From Chlorokybus atmophyticus (taxonomy: Eukaryota > Plantae > Mesostigma and Chlorokybus algae), in the NCBI GenBank assembly GCA_009103225.1, contig RHPI01002069.1, forward strand, positions 2,645,768 through 2,709,767: a stretch of DNA of 64,000 nt, read 5' to 3'. Below are positions 36,691 to 49,200 of the stretch, piece after piece. The notes beneath the pieces are model-generated. The model saw only the letters and a program-made list of their open reading frames with translations. It was not told the DNA's origin and ran no database searches. A program made the position numbers and the translations under genes. Positions within the stretch are counted from its first letter, which is position 1; each line of letters opens with the position of its first letter.

Positions 36691-37830
36691 TCAATCCCCA
36701 GAAACGGGCGTTATCTCTTTAGGGCGCGGCAAATGCGTCAACTGTAAATAGGCCATGTTTGTCACACGTGACAACGCCACATACCACAATCCAAGAGCAA
36801 AAGCTTCCTGCATGTGGACAACAGTTGTTGATTGTAGCGTTGCACCTTGACACTTGTGCATTGTCATTGCATACGCTAGCTGCAAAGGAAACACAGCTTG
36901 GTAGTACGTTTTGCCTTAAAACGTTGTTGTTTGCTGTATTGTTCGGCGCATCTACATGGATTCTGCCAAGTGATCAAATGTAACTTGTATGCTGCTCACA
37001 TTACCTTCGTAGTATCTGAACTGCGTCACTGTTCCCAGAGACCCATTGGCTACACCATTTTGCAGTGAAACGTTTTCTAAAACCAACACCTTTGCTCCCT
37101 TGGCAACTGAAGGTAATAAGTTGAACTTGGGCTTGTGAATCCAGTCGTACAGTTTGGGCACGTTCGCCGCATTATAAGTAATTTATATTGGCACAATGAC
37201 ATCGATTGCAAAACGTTGTTTCACAATCATGCTGTTAAAAGCCAGTGTGTCTTGTACATGTGAACACAATATGGTTGCATCACTTGGTAACCGTTGTAAG
37301 TACTCCGAAGTGACCAGACAGCAACCTAACGCAACTGCTATCTTTGTTGAACTGGGTATGCTAGAACGAATCTGAATCAAAATTGGAGCAAAAAGAGGGT
37401 CTGAAGCATGATGCACTGAAACAGAAATAACATGTTGCTTACGTAATGGCCACCTCTGTGATGCAGAAATGCAGCATTTGTGGCAAACCTGCGATGTGTC
37501 TTAGACTTTGCAAAGTCCAAGACACATCGCACAATTGTGTCCACAAATTGCTGACAGTTGCTTGTGATCACCAACCAATACAACGCCGATTAATTATAGC
37601 AATTCTGGTCCATGAACTTGCTGTAAGCGCAGCATCACCGAGTCAAACAACCGCGATGTCATCATGGAAAACTCGTTAATAATAAACACTCGACAATGAT
37701 GTAACAGTTTGTAAGCATCATCCATAGCAGTTACAAACCGGAGTTGCTGACCGTTGACAGGTATTGCGAAGTTGCAATGTATAGTTGAAGCAGATGAGCT
37801 CAGCCGCAGAGCCGCAGCGCCAGTTGTAGC
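36691..37830 (-). mobile_element. PIF1-family (SF1B) helicase pseudogene of a Helitron-type element
   Basis: One frame with stops: ATTGAAALRL…STIHCNFAIP, VFIINEFSMM, VVLVGDHKQL, GAKVLVLENVSLQNGVANGSLGTV, FPLQLAYAMTMHKCQGATL, LWYVALSRVT. Walker A is absent; the frame is broken by TA-rich sequence above 37830. Confidence 0.88.
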
Positions 37831-38335
37831 AATGTATACATATGTATATATACACATATATATATGTATATATGCAAATATACATATGTATATATACACA
37901 TATGTGTGTGTGTGCGCATGTAGGTGTAGGCTTAAGGCATTTACAAGAAACATTGTCGACATATGGCGGCCGCAAATTGCAGCCGTGCAATTACTGCATA
38001 TCTATAATTTTATGTACATACATCGTTGTAAGTATATTAATGCGCGTACACATGTGCATTTAGACCTTTTATATGCAAAATTGCATACGTTTGAAGTAAT
38101 GTATAACAACATGAATTTAAAAAGTATTATAATTATATATAATAAAATTGGTGTAAATACTAATATTCAATTTACATCCATGCGTCGCGCGTGTTTATTA
38201 CATTATATATAGTTCGTTGATCATCCCATTATCATAATGTTCACAACCATTAATATCATACCATGAGTACATATGTTGATGCTGTTCGTATGTTGCATTA
38301 TTAAGCGTAGTTTATAATATGTTTAATTTGATGAT

Positions 38336-40172
38336 TCGGCTGTTGACCATGTTTGATGGCGCAGTAACTATAGCGTGTAATCAATTAGCGTTAAAGGGTA
38401 GAGTGGATTAATTAGAACGAGTGTGAGTAGTGGCGGCATGTCTTTGGGGTATGGGGCCTGCCCCGACCTCGTACCGCCAAAAACGCGGCCGTTTTAACCA
38501 CTAACTGTGCCGCAATTGCACCAAATCCCTAGCAATTTGGGTCGCCGTTGGTAAGCGGTTGCCGCTGAGATATTTTTCAGCATCTTTTACGCACATTTGC
38601 AATGATTGACCATTTTGATGCCTTTTTGAGCAACTGGCTGTTGTCACCGTTGCAATCCCATTTGATCAATCTCATGCGTGACCAAATGGTGGCCTAACGA
38701 TGTGATTTTTTGTTTAGTTGAATCTTAACGTTAAGGTAATTCAGGTTAGCATTATGTTAGCATTATAGGTTGATGGTTGTAACCTCGGCATTACCAACTG
38801 AAATTTCGCAGCACGTACCGTGGCGTAAACGTTACATTAAATTAAGTTTTGTAACACTTAACTGCAGGTTACTAGCCATATTGCACCATATTGCACCATA
38901 TTGCAGCATATTTATCAATATTCTTAATGTAACACATTAAAATGATCAATATGCAGCCATAAGCGGCCACGTATGCAGAACTGTGCTAAATTTTACATTT
39001 ATTGGCATGCGCTTAGATGATTGGATGTGCTTTGGACGGCCATGATCGTGTTAGGCAGATCTAACGGTGTAACGCTTGTTCTCGCCGCCTAGCCAATGAG
39101 AAGCAGGCGGGCCGCACATACTGCCGCGCAGCCCGGCAGTCGCGGGTGCTGTGTGATGGCCCTGGATGCCCCGGGATGTGATGAAGGTTGAATGCCGACA
39201 GGCCGGCCGGTAAAGAATAAAAGGGTATATATTATTGTAAACGCCAAGAGAAAAACCCCGTTGATGGAATGAAAGCTGAAAGATACACGTGAATTTTATG
39301 GTGGAGGTAGACTGTACAGTTAAGGTACATAGTTGTACCTAGTTACATTGAAATATTTATTGTACAGTCTACCCCCTGTAATAGCATACTGTTTATGTTC
39401 AAAGATAGTTTGCTCCTGGCGAGGTTATATTCTTGGCGATAAAGAGCATAATATGGTCTTAAACATTAAGAGCATCTGTATGCTATAAAGCAGTTTAATA
39501 CGCCCATCACACCCATTACATCACGCGCATTACGTCACGTGTATTATGCCATCACGCTCATTATGCTGATTACGCGTTGCACTGTACCCATCACGCCTTG
39601 TCCATTACACTCATTACGCCTGATGACAAACCCGTCACGCGCTACTCCCTCAATGTTAACACTTACGTTGCACACTTACGTTTGCAAAAATGTTATAATG
39701 TTATAAAAAATAATATGCTCTTCGCGGTTAGTCATATTCTCTAAAGCACTAACATTTGCCGTAGCATCGTCGGTGATCTCAAAACGTATGCTACAAGGGG
39801 TTATTCTCTTGGAGTCGAGTTTTTTAGCGGGGGTGGACTGTATAACGCACACATGACGCATATGTGACCGTGCATATTGTGCTCAAAATGTATGGATTCT
39901 TTTATTCATTCGCATATACTTTGTGCAATTGCACGATATGGGGATGTGCTTTGGAATATTGAGATTTGTTTAACACAAATCGAATGGCCGATAGCTGATA
40001 AACGTCGCATAGCCAATGAGAGGCAGGCGGGCTGCTCGGTATGCGCGGCAGGCATGTAGTTTCGGGTGCCGTGTGTGATGGCCCTCAGTGCGCGTGATGT
40101 GTCTTTGTGCCCTAATGCCGGCCTCCCCGCCGGCCGGCCGGCCCAATCCCGCCCAATCAGCCGCACCGCTCG
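38336..40172 (+). mobile_element. Non-autonomous Helitron/Helentron-like element (composite, duplicated 3' part, nested MITE)
   Basis: 38336-38930 is the reverse complement of 42110-42698 and of 60300-60882. 39020-39210 and 39900-40172 are reverse complements of 59446-59700. The element starts T|TCGGCTGTTGACC and ends …CCAATCAGCCGCACCGCTCG|TT. Confidence 0.7.
39365..39840. mobile_element. pogo/Tc1-type MITE with TA target-site duplication
   Basis: TA|CAGTCTACCCCC … GGGGGTGGACTG|TA, with an internal array of CATTACGC/CATCACGC-like units. A further related end GAGGTAGACTG|TA lies at 39304-39316. Confidence 0.75.
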
Positions 40173-40604
40173 TTTATATGAAACGAAAGCAATGTCAGAT
40201 GTTATGACTTATAGCCTTACTTGTATAACCTCATTAATGGCCTATAAAAGCCTTATGCGACCACAGAATCATCGACAGCCCGATAAGGTACACTGGCTGC
40301 ATTGACAGTCGCAATTTGGCTACTATCGCTAAGCATTGTCACAATGACAGCCCCTAACAAGTCTACAAATTGTACTGGCGTATTGACAACCGCCGAGTTC
40401 GCGGCTACCGGTATGTAGTTTACCACCGTCCATGTAACTGGTACAGCCTATGAATGCTACAGTTGCATGGGCTCAGCCTATGGGCCTATCAAAGTGACAA
40501 TCTCCGACTGTCCATCGGCGATTACTGCCGCCGGCCAACAGTCGCCAAGCGGCGCATGCAATACACTATATGATATAGGTTGCCATGCGACTCTACCGGC
40601 ACGT

Positions 40605-40677
40605 GCACTTGTAGCTTAGTGGTTAGGGCGTCATCTTTAATATGCTAAAGGTGCTGGGTTTGAATCCGGCCGATGCG
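40605..40677 (+). tRNA. tRNA-like pseudogene or SINE head (resembles tRNA-Ile AAT)
   Basis: A-box/D-arm TAGCTTAGTGGTTAGGGC and B-box-like GGTTTGAATCC at tRNA spacing, with TAAT in the anticodon region. Acceptor and anticodon stems are mismatched. Confidence 0.5.
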
Positions 40678-41099
40678 TGTGTTCTTGACTAATCATTCCA
40701 CTAACGCCGCGGAGCTGGCCGCGGCCTCGTGCGCCGCAGGTTGGGCGTGGCCGGTGCCGCCGGCAAAGATGTCTCAGCTTTTACTGCATTGGCAGTGAAT
40801 TGTGTCAGTGTTTGCACTCATATTTACCTTGTTCCATAATAAAATTCGGTCCATGGTCCGCTGGCCGGACCAGTTATGAATGAAGTATTGTAATGATATG
40901 ATTTAGTGCCTGGTCCGATGGCCGGACCATACCTGGTCCTGATGCAACAGTAATCGGCCGGACCTTAAGTGGTCCGTACCAAGGAACAATGGTACCATTC
41001 ACGTGAAATTTCGACCATGAATGGTCCGATTGTCGATGAAAAACAGACCATGCAAGGTCCACCAATTTCAATTAGCAGGGGGAAATCCCGGTCGGTCTG

Positions 41100-41911
41100 A
41101 GGGTACGGACCATTTATGGTCCACAAACGTCAGGCGGTGTGAAAAGAGGAACACAAGGCTCACGCAGCGACATATGTCCAATGCGCAACATGGTGTTCAC
41201 TGTGACTTCAACTGTGCTGCGGGAAGGAAATGGCAACAAAGTGGTTAAAACGTATGTGTATACTGATTCACAAGCAATGTTCAAAGAATTACAAATCCTG
41301 TGCACGAGACACAATGCTACGAATATTAGATGAACCAACAGTGGGAATGCCGTAAAAACCAAATGGTTGTTCTGTCAAAATCTAATATTTCTGAACAAAG
41401 TGTTGGACAATAATAGCTTGCTCAACAACTCCAGCAACAAGATGGCATGTTGGTTCTGGTGTGTAAAATCATCCCAAGCGATAAACGGACCGTAAATTAT
41501 ATTCAGCTGCTGAACTTGGCCAGAAGTGAACCTGTATGAGTTTTATAAGTCGTGAAGCACCATGGACGTGTTGACAAGGGACAACATCCGCACTACCATG
41601 GGACATGCCTCCAACAACTTGCGAATGTACACTGCGCTGTGTAACACAATGTAACTAGAACACTCCGACCCGTGACTACATCGATGGCATTGGTAGTAAT
41701 TACTATCACGCTTAGTATAATGGGACATAAAGACATTAGCCAAGTCATATGGTGCAACAGTGGGTGCTGATTGTCGATACATTGGACAAAAGGTAGCAGC
41801 GAGAGAGTAAAACTGTACATGCCCGCACAAAGAACAACATTGCATTTGCGTGACAAACTTACGTTGTGCATCTTGCCAACAGGAAAGCATATCATCGCAG
41901 TTGTCCCACAA
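41100..41911 (-). pseudogene. Cys-rich ORF remnant, likely the N-terminal part of the Helitron Rep/Hel protein
   Basis: CCSLCGHV…YQCHRC…LLEACPMVVRMLSLVNTSMVL…YRFTSG. It begins just inside the conserved 5' terminal segment (42033-42698) and is co-oriented with the helicase. No HUH motif seen. Confidence 0.4.
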
Positions 41912-42032
41912 TTCGCAATGCTGACAAATTGCGGTGTTGCTCGTGAGTCATAGCGGATGACGAAACAATACCAACTGGAACATATCAACCGCCCTGGTAT
42001 TCGTCGCCATCAAAAAGAACCATTTTCGCATA

Positions 42033-42698
42033 GTCCAGCAACTAGGGCGTGCACTAAAGCAAAGTCCACATGCACAATATCTTTAATGTGTTGCAATATG
42101 AAGCACAATATGTTGCGATATGAATACATATGGTGCAATATGGTGCAATGTGGTGCCATATGGTTAGCAACCTGCAGTTAAGTGTTTCAAAATTTAATAT
42201 TCAATGTTCACGCCACGCTACGTACTGCGATATTCAGTAAGTAATGCCAAGGTTACAACCATCAACATATAATGCTAACATAATGCTAACCTGAATTACC
42301 TTAACGTTAAGATTCAACCAAACTAAAAAATCGCATCGTTATGCCACCATTTGTCACGCATGAAATTGATCAAATGGGATCGCAATGGTGACAATAGCCG
42401 TTGCTGAAAAAGGCAGCAAAATGGCCAATCATTGCAAAGATGCGTAAAAGATGCTAAAAACTATCTCAGCGGCAACCGCTTACTAACGGCGACCCAAAAT
42501 TGCTAGGGATTCGGTGCAATTGCAGCACAGTTAGTACTAAAAACGGCTGGTTTTCGGCAGTACGAGGTCGGGGCCAACCCCATACCCCAAAGACATGCCG
42601 CCACTACTCACCCTCGTTTTAACTGATCCACTCTACCATTTCATGCTAATTGATTACACGCTATAGTCACTGCGTCATCAAACATGGTCAACAGCCGA
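42033..42698 (-). repeat. 5' terminal ~670 bp of the Helitron-like family
   Basis: Colinear with 60240-60882 and inverted relative to 38336-38930. Starts T|TCGGCTGTTGACC on the minus strand. Confidence 0.8.
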
Positions 42699-42719
42699 AA
42701 TACGGCGGACTCATCAGAA

Positions 42720-43917
42720 CTTGAATAATGGAGGTATGCATCACGAAGTCAAGTAATGATGGCTAGCTGTCATGCAACAGTATGAGGATGTATAATAAAA
42801 TGGCGATAGGAATGGCTCTGCCATCAAATGTTGTGCTGGGGGCCACATGAGTTCGGAACCAATGTGCTTGGCCTTTAAACATGTGTAGGATTAACGTGAT
42901 TATCGTTGTATGTGATAAGCACTACCATATAAAACAACGAGCATGCACGTTTCCACACAAACATGTTTACGGGTGGGTGTGTCTCCTGCTTGGCAATTGG
43001 CAAACACGAGCGCGTGCTCGCGCTCTATATGCGCCTACATCTATGAAGCGCATGCACAAACCTTCTGTACTCAACTTTTACAAAAGCTTGCACAATTCAA
43101 CACGCACGCATGCTCACGTAGTAAACTCTTGCAAGACCGGATCAAGTTAATTGCGAGTATCATCTTATATGGCTTCAGGCTTGCCAGCTGTATGATGCAC
43201 TCCAATTCTAGCAGCGCTGCCGCCGCTTGCTCTGTATAATTTGCATTTAATTAATTGTTGCAGACGAAGTCAAAATGTCGCACGTAAGGTGCCTTGTACA
43301 TTAGCATATGCTGAAAGCGTCGTGCAAAGTCCATCCGCACATACAAATTTGTCATATAATGAAAATATTTATCTATTGTTATACTATATCAAGGGCATGA
43401 TATTTGCAAATAATAATAATACTTATTCCTCATGATGGCATTAATATCATGCTTGCTGATAATGATTGAAATGCAATGAAGAGCAAGAGTGTTCTTTTTG
43501 TATTTGAACCGCAAGTAGGATTTTGGTATGGGCCGGAAAAAAATGTATTTTGTTTATGTGTAACCTCGTGTATTACAGCGGCACACATATTACAACGTGA
43601 AGCCAATTGTTGAATAGTCGATAATGTGGATGGTCTTAACATATATGGAGGGGGCTCAATAACAACAATAGCAATAGTACTACAATATCAATAGTATTAA
43701 ATATAACATTAACCTTATAGTCACAACGGGACAAGGCTGAAGTAAAATGAACTCGCAAAAATGAGTGTGTGGGTTGCACTACGCCAACTGTGCCACGGAC
43801 TAGCAGTCGCAAAGCCTGAGCGCTTTCCATAACCTCATTTTGTCGCCGGATGTTTGTGATTTGACATCGCTTGTCAGCATCGACAGAAGGTGTGAGTCTA
43901 CTCAATTGTGGCGACAT
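42720..43917 (-). pseudogene. Very decayed AT-rich transposase-like remnant (possibly hAT)
   Basis: Scattered fragments (TTLSAYANVQGTL, LDPVL, MWPPAQHLMAEPFLSP) in hAT C-terminal order. Confidence 0.2.
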
Positions 43918-44079
43918 ATCGATGATTGTCGCCGTTCACAAATATCGACTATCGCCCGATGCCAATGTCTATTGACGCGGTGATGGAAGCGACAATCGAT
44001 GTTTGTCGCCGTCGTTGGCTGTCTTTCCATTGGTGCAGTTAGGCTGGTTCGAATTTTTTTGTTTTTTTAATTCGACATT

Positions 44080-46034
44080 GTGGACTGGAAGGATTGTGGC
44101 GGCTTGGTTGTTGGCGTCATGGCCGCCGCCCGGGCGGCGGAAATGGGCAAGCGAGTGCTTGAAAATGAGGTGAACCTGTGTAATGGCGGCTCTCAGTTGG
44201 ACCGCTTGCAGTCGCTTGACATTTGCAGTGGGCAGCCTGCTGGAGGCAGCATTGGTGCGCCCTTGGTAGGTCCTTCAAGGGCTAGCGTCGTGCCTGATGT
44301 GTTGCCAGCTGCACATGGTGTGGGGACCACGGCGTCAACCCCGACACCTGGCGAGAAGGCCCAAAAAAAGCGACGGACACAGCAGGTGGACAGTGCTTGT
44401 CGCCAGCGGGGGAAACAGGCTGATGTGATTGAAGGCCTGCGAGCTGCCCTCACAGTGTCTGACGGTGTACCAGATAGGGAGGTGTGGTTACAGGCTTTGA
44501 CCTCCGGCCGTACGTGGCGGATCGCACCTGACCGGAGGACTTTGGTCATGCAGCTAGTAAGTGCAAGTTCTGTGTGAAGCATTCAAGGTTACTTTGCTTT
44601 GCCAGTGCGTGTGACTGATAGAACTAACACACTGATTGTGTCTGTAGGGGTCTGCATCCGTCTTTCATGCCTCCTGGTACTCGGGTGGAGAGTAGTGCTT
44701 ACCCAAGCAAAACTCACAAACTGGTGAGTGTACTTGCAGAGTGAAAACCAATGTCTGTTGCGTGTCTATGGTTGTTTGCCAAAAAGCCTGTGGTGATTGT
44801 GCAGGCCGTCAGGCATGGGAATACTGAGAATGTACATCCCGGGTGCAGTCAACTAGTGCTGATGAGACCCCCCCCTGAAACTCCAACTGAGCGCAATAAC
44901 CGACATGCTTCTGGGCGCCCATTCTGTGAGGTGAATGTGCAGCCAGCATGCTGTCGCCAAGTGATTCTACACATACTCCTAGTCAAGGCCACGGGCATGG
45001 TGGTGCTTATGGTGGGAGACTAACTCCTTGGAGTGGAGGCAATAACAACCAACCCTTGAAGGAGAGCGGTGAATACATTGGTGCAGGTCCGAACGCTCCC
45101 TATGTTCGCCCAAATACTTATCCTGTTTAGTGGCAGTCTTGTGTGAGAACAGTGAGTGAATTCCATGCTAGCCATGTGAACTGAACCTCTTTATTGCCCC
45201 TTCAATAATGTGGTGGCTGTGTCATTGTTCGTGACATGCAACTGTTGTTTGTGGCTCTCATGGGCATCTTGCTTGCAGAACATGATGTGGATGCCACTCC
45301 TGTTGCGGTGCCCTTCAGTATTGATGTACCAGACGTAGGCATGTGCAATGTATAGGTGCGTAATGTTGAGTGATTGCCAAAGAATTGCGTGTAGCCAGCA
45401 ATAAAGGTTGCTGTGTGTGCTGGCCTGATTGATGCATGCACAACAGGATGTGATGTCGGCATGGGAGGCAGATCGTATGAGACTCGTAGATAAGGAGTGC
45501 AACCTGACTAGGGAGCTGCAGGCTGCATTGGCAGAGCTGCAAGACAAGTAAGCCCAGCTACTTAACCTGGAGAACTACTGTGCTGAGCAGCAAAGAGCTA
45601 AGGATGACATAAGGAAGCATCATTTCACGTACAGGTTGTGCAGTTGGAGAGGCCTGTCGAGAAGCGCCAGGCGCAGCTTCAGGATGCTGACGCGAGGCAG
45701 CAAGTCCTGCAATGTGATGTGGACGAGTTGTGTTGTCTCTCGCTAGCATTTAGAGCGCGACCAAAATGTGAGGAGTAGCCAGCAAGATGTTGATGAGCTG
45801 AGGGCGGAGGTGTGTGCGCTCTAGGAACAGATGCGCACGGCCCGTGCGACGACACAACGAGTGGTGGATCAGTTTGAAGCAGAGACTGTGCAGTGGGCTG
45901 AACAAACAGAGATGCATGCAGATGAGCGCAGTGGATGGGAACTGCGGCTCAGAAATTTAAAAGAGCAGTTATGGGAGCTCGCCAATTCCACTGAAGACTT
46001 GCAGTCTCAGATGGAGGTGAGCTTGCGATGCTGA
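44080..46034 (+). pseudogene. Degenerate spliced ORF(s) with coiled-coil exons upstream of the Academ-like ORF
   Basis: ORF 44080-44577 ends at a CTA|GTAAGT donor. Later exon-like pieces with GTGAGT/GTGAAT/GTGAGC donors encode heptad-rich peptides (LTRELQAALAELQDK*; LRLRNLKEQLWELANSTEDLQSQME). Confidence 0.35.
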
Positions 46035-46264
46035 TACTCTTGGGATGCTCTGGTGTGGAGTGCTTGCAACATTGCATGTGTCATATATAATCACTGTGGT
46101 GGACAGTAATACACATACGATTGAAGTCCTGCTGAGCTTGTTGTTGTGCGCACAAGCGCGTCGTCGACTGCTGAGCACATTGTGAGACACCGCGCTAGCA
46201 TATTAACGATGTACCTCGCTGTATCGCTAACCCTAACCCTAATCGCAGCGCCTTCAGACCGACC

Positions 46265-49200
46265 TTGATGACAGGAGGGATGTGTATGAGGCCACACGCG
46301 TCAGGCTGGCACAAGCAGAGCGCATGGCAAGTAGTTCACAGACTCAAGCTGACAGATTGCGCGCAAAGGTGGAACGTTTGCAAGAGGTTGTCGACATGTT
46401 GTCGAATGGCACTGACCAGGGATTACCTGATTGGCGCCGGCAACTTTAGCGAGTGGACCAGCACATGGAGAAGTTGCGTGCGGTGGCTGGCGAATGCAGC
46501 GCTGAAGCACTACCACATGATGCCATCAAGTATGTGGCTGGACAACTTCTGCAGCACAGCACAGCAGTCAGGCTTGCAGAAGTTGCGAAGTTGTACAAGT
46601 TGCAACATCCTTAGAACTTGCTGCGCACCATTAAGCGGATGCTAGAGGACGCCGTGTTCGTGGTAACTGGCAGCCGCCGGCACGGAACCCTTTTGTTGCG
46701 GTCTTGGGTTGACCCAGCCTCCTGCTTGTTGGGAGTGATGCATGAGACTGAAGAAGCTCCTGTAAGCGACGAGAGTGAGCTGAGTGACCACACAAGGAAA
46801 TACCTGAGCCGCTTGATGATGAATGAGTCTGCTCGGCGCTGCATGCAAAACAAGGGCACCTGTGCGGATGTGCGCTTTGTGGATGAGTCGAAGGAGATGG
46901 ACAACAGCCATCCTGACTTGCAGCGCCTGTGTAAGCATTGTGCGGTGTCAAGACCAGGCCTGATTTGCAGCCCAAGCCTTGGGAGCGTGCCAAGATGCTT
47001 TGATGCGCTTACTTGCTGAGGTGTGCTGTGTACACAAGAAATTCCCATGCATACTCGCGCATGCACATCGCTGTGGCTGAAGTTGTGGATGCCATGAGCC
47101 CCTCGATTAAGCTGATGCGGGTATTAAACCATCTTGGAGTCTGCATTTCCAAAACCACCCTAGAGCGTGCAATCATGGCCCGCAGCGTCACAACAACGCA
47201 CGCACCCAGTCCGGTGCAAGCTGGCAGCAGCAACTTCATGTTGCCAGCATAGACAACTGGGATTTCCGTTCATGCGGCCAATTATGTTATAGCGGAGGTG
47301 CTGACAAAGACTTACATTGCACGCCGACGCAAGTGTGCATCCCAGAGCCTGCAAACGAACCAATTCTGGTACCAGAGGTAGTGCAGGCTGTGCATGCTCG
47401 CACATGTGCACAAACAGGGTTGAGCGCTCCAGACTCGGAGATGCTGCATCCTCTACCTCCAGGACCTCGCTCTTACGTCTACCCACCTGCTTCAGAGGAT
47501 GTGACAGAGCTGCAGCAAGATCAACAAACGGCAATGGACAAGCTCAAACTGGCACTGCACAACACTGTCCTCAAGAGGGCGGAGGGTCCGTGCTTAGATG
47601 ACAACTCGCTCGAGAATATCCTTGCAAGCATGCTCCCACCTAAAACAGCAAAGCCTTCAAGTAGAGTGCACTACATGCCCCTACTACCGTACAACCCGGA
47701 CAAGCCGGACCACTTAAAACTTGCGCTCTTGGAGCTGAAACAGAAACTTGGTGTGGACGGCGGTTTGCACAAAATGGTTGTGGTGGGAGATCAAAAAACT
47801 TACAGTCTCATGGTGCACTTGAAGAACACAGAGCCTGGCTACTGGGATTGGGTATTGCCAATGCCCGGCGACTGGCACGCATTGTACAACCTCCTACCTG
47901 TCGTCTTTAAAGTGTATTGGGATGCTGGATTGGACGAGATGTCGTTTGGGGCCGGCATACCCTCTTCAGTAGCGCGCAACATGATAGCAGAGGGCAGCAA
48001 TTGGAAGCGCATGCATGCGTACCTGGTACAGACATGGGAGGCGGTGTACCGGTATCAGCTGCTGTGCTTTGCTGCAGCGTGCCCAGACGTATGGGAGCGT
48101 GTGGATGTTCAGAGCATCCAAGACCTGCCGGTCCTAGATGAACGGCACTACTCTGAGTTCATGGCATGGGGCAGCAGGCGTGTGCAGACAGATGCTACAT
48201 GGGCCATGTGGTGGAATTATACAACAAGGGACGCAGCTGCCTACCTGGCTTTGTGGATTGCCATTCGTAGCAGCAACTGGAGTCTGCGTGTGGCGGCGTA
48301 CAAGTCCCTTGGCCCATTGGCCTTTGCATGGGACCGCCCACATTACCAGCGCCTCATCACTCAGCACCTTGCCGACATTAAAGGCTGGCCTGGAGGAGGT
48401 GTTGCAACGACTGCAAGAAGGTGCATTCACCATTAGTATAACCGGCAAGCATTTCAGCAATGTAGCCGGTGACGCCCAAGCCCATGAGATGCTCATTAAT
48501 AAAGACCTGAAGTCAACGCTCTGCGGGCCCAATGCCGACTACATGCAACGCAAGACAATTTACTTGTCTTACCGAGCTCTGGTGGTCAAGCGTGTCTTGC
48601 ATATTCTGAGTCCTCTTGAAAGTGACAGCGAGCAAGGATGCACTGCCTCACTCCAGTTGGACAGCGACAAGACTAACGAGAATGTCAGAGCCATGCTATC
48701 CTGAACAATGCCAACGTGCTCCGCGAGGTGCATGGTGAGCACCTTGTTCACCTGGTTAATGCAAGACATGCGACAGCGTCCGCAGCCAATAACCTTGCAC
48801 GTCATCATAACTTCGGGCAGGATCTGTTCGAGCTGTATGCCAAAGTAACGCACTGCAACGAGATGACCTCAACCACCAACATCGGCCGTGGCTTCGGTCT
48901 CAAAACAATGCAAGTACGCAAGCAGGCGCAAAGGGCAGGCAAAGCTCTGGCGCGCATGACCAAAACAAAGACGCTCATACTCAAAAAGCTATGCAAGAGC
49001 AGTGCAACTCAAGACGCTTGCATGGCGCAGTACCAGGAAATACCACTTGCAATATTCAGCGAGGACGGCAGCATGCGCAAGGGCGACAAGGTCAAGTTTC
49101 TCACCGAACTATGCATGTCATGTGAAGGCTCGCAGCTGGACCGTCACCCTGCAGGAGTGGAGGCAGTCATTGCGGAAGGGATGTTTGTCAATAACAAGGG

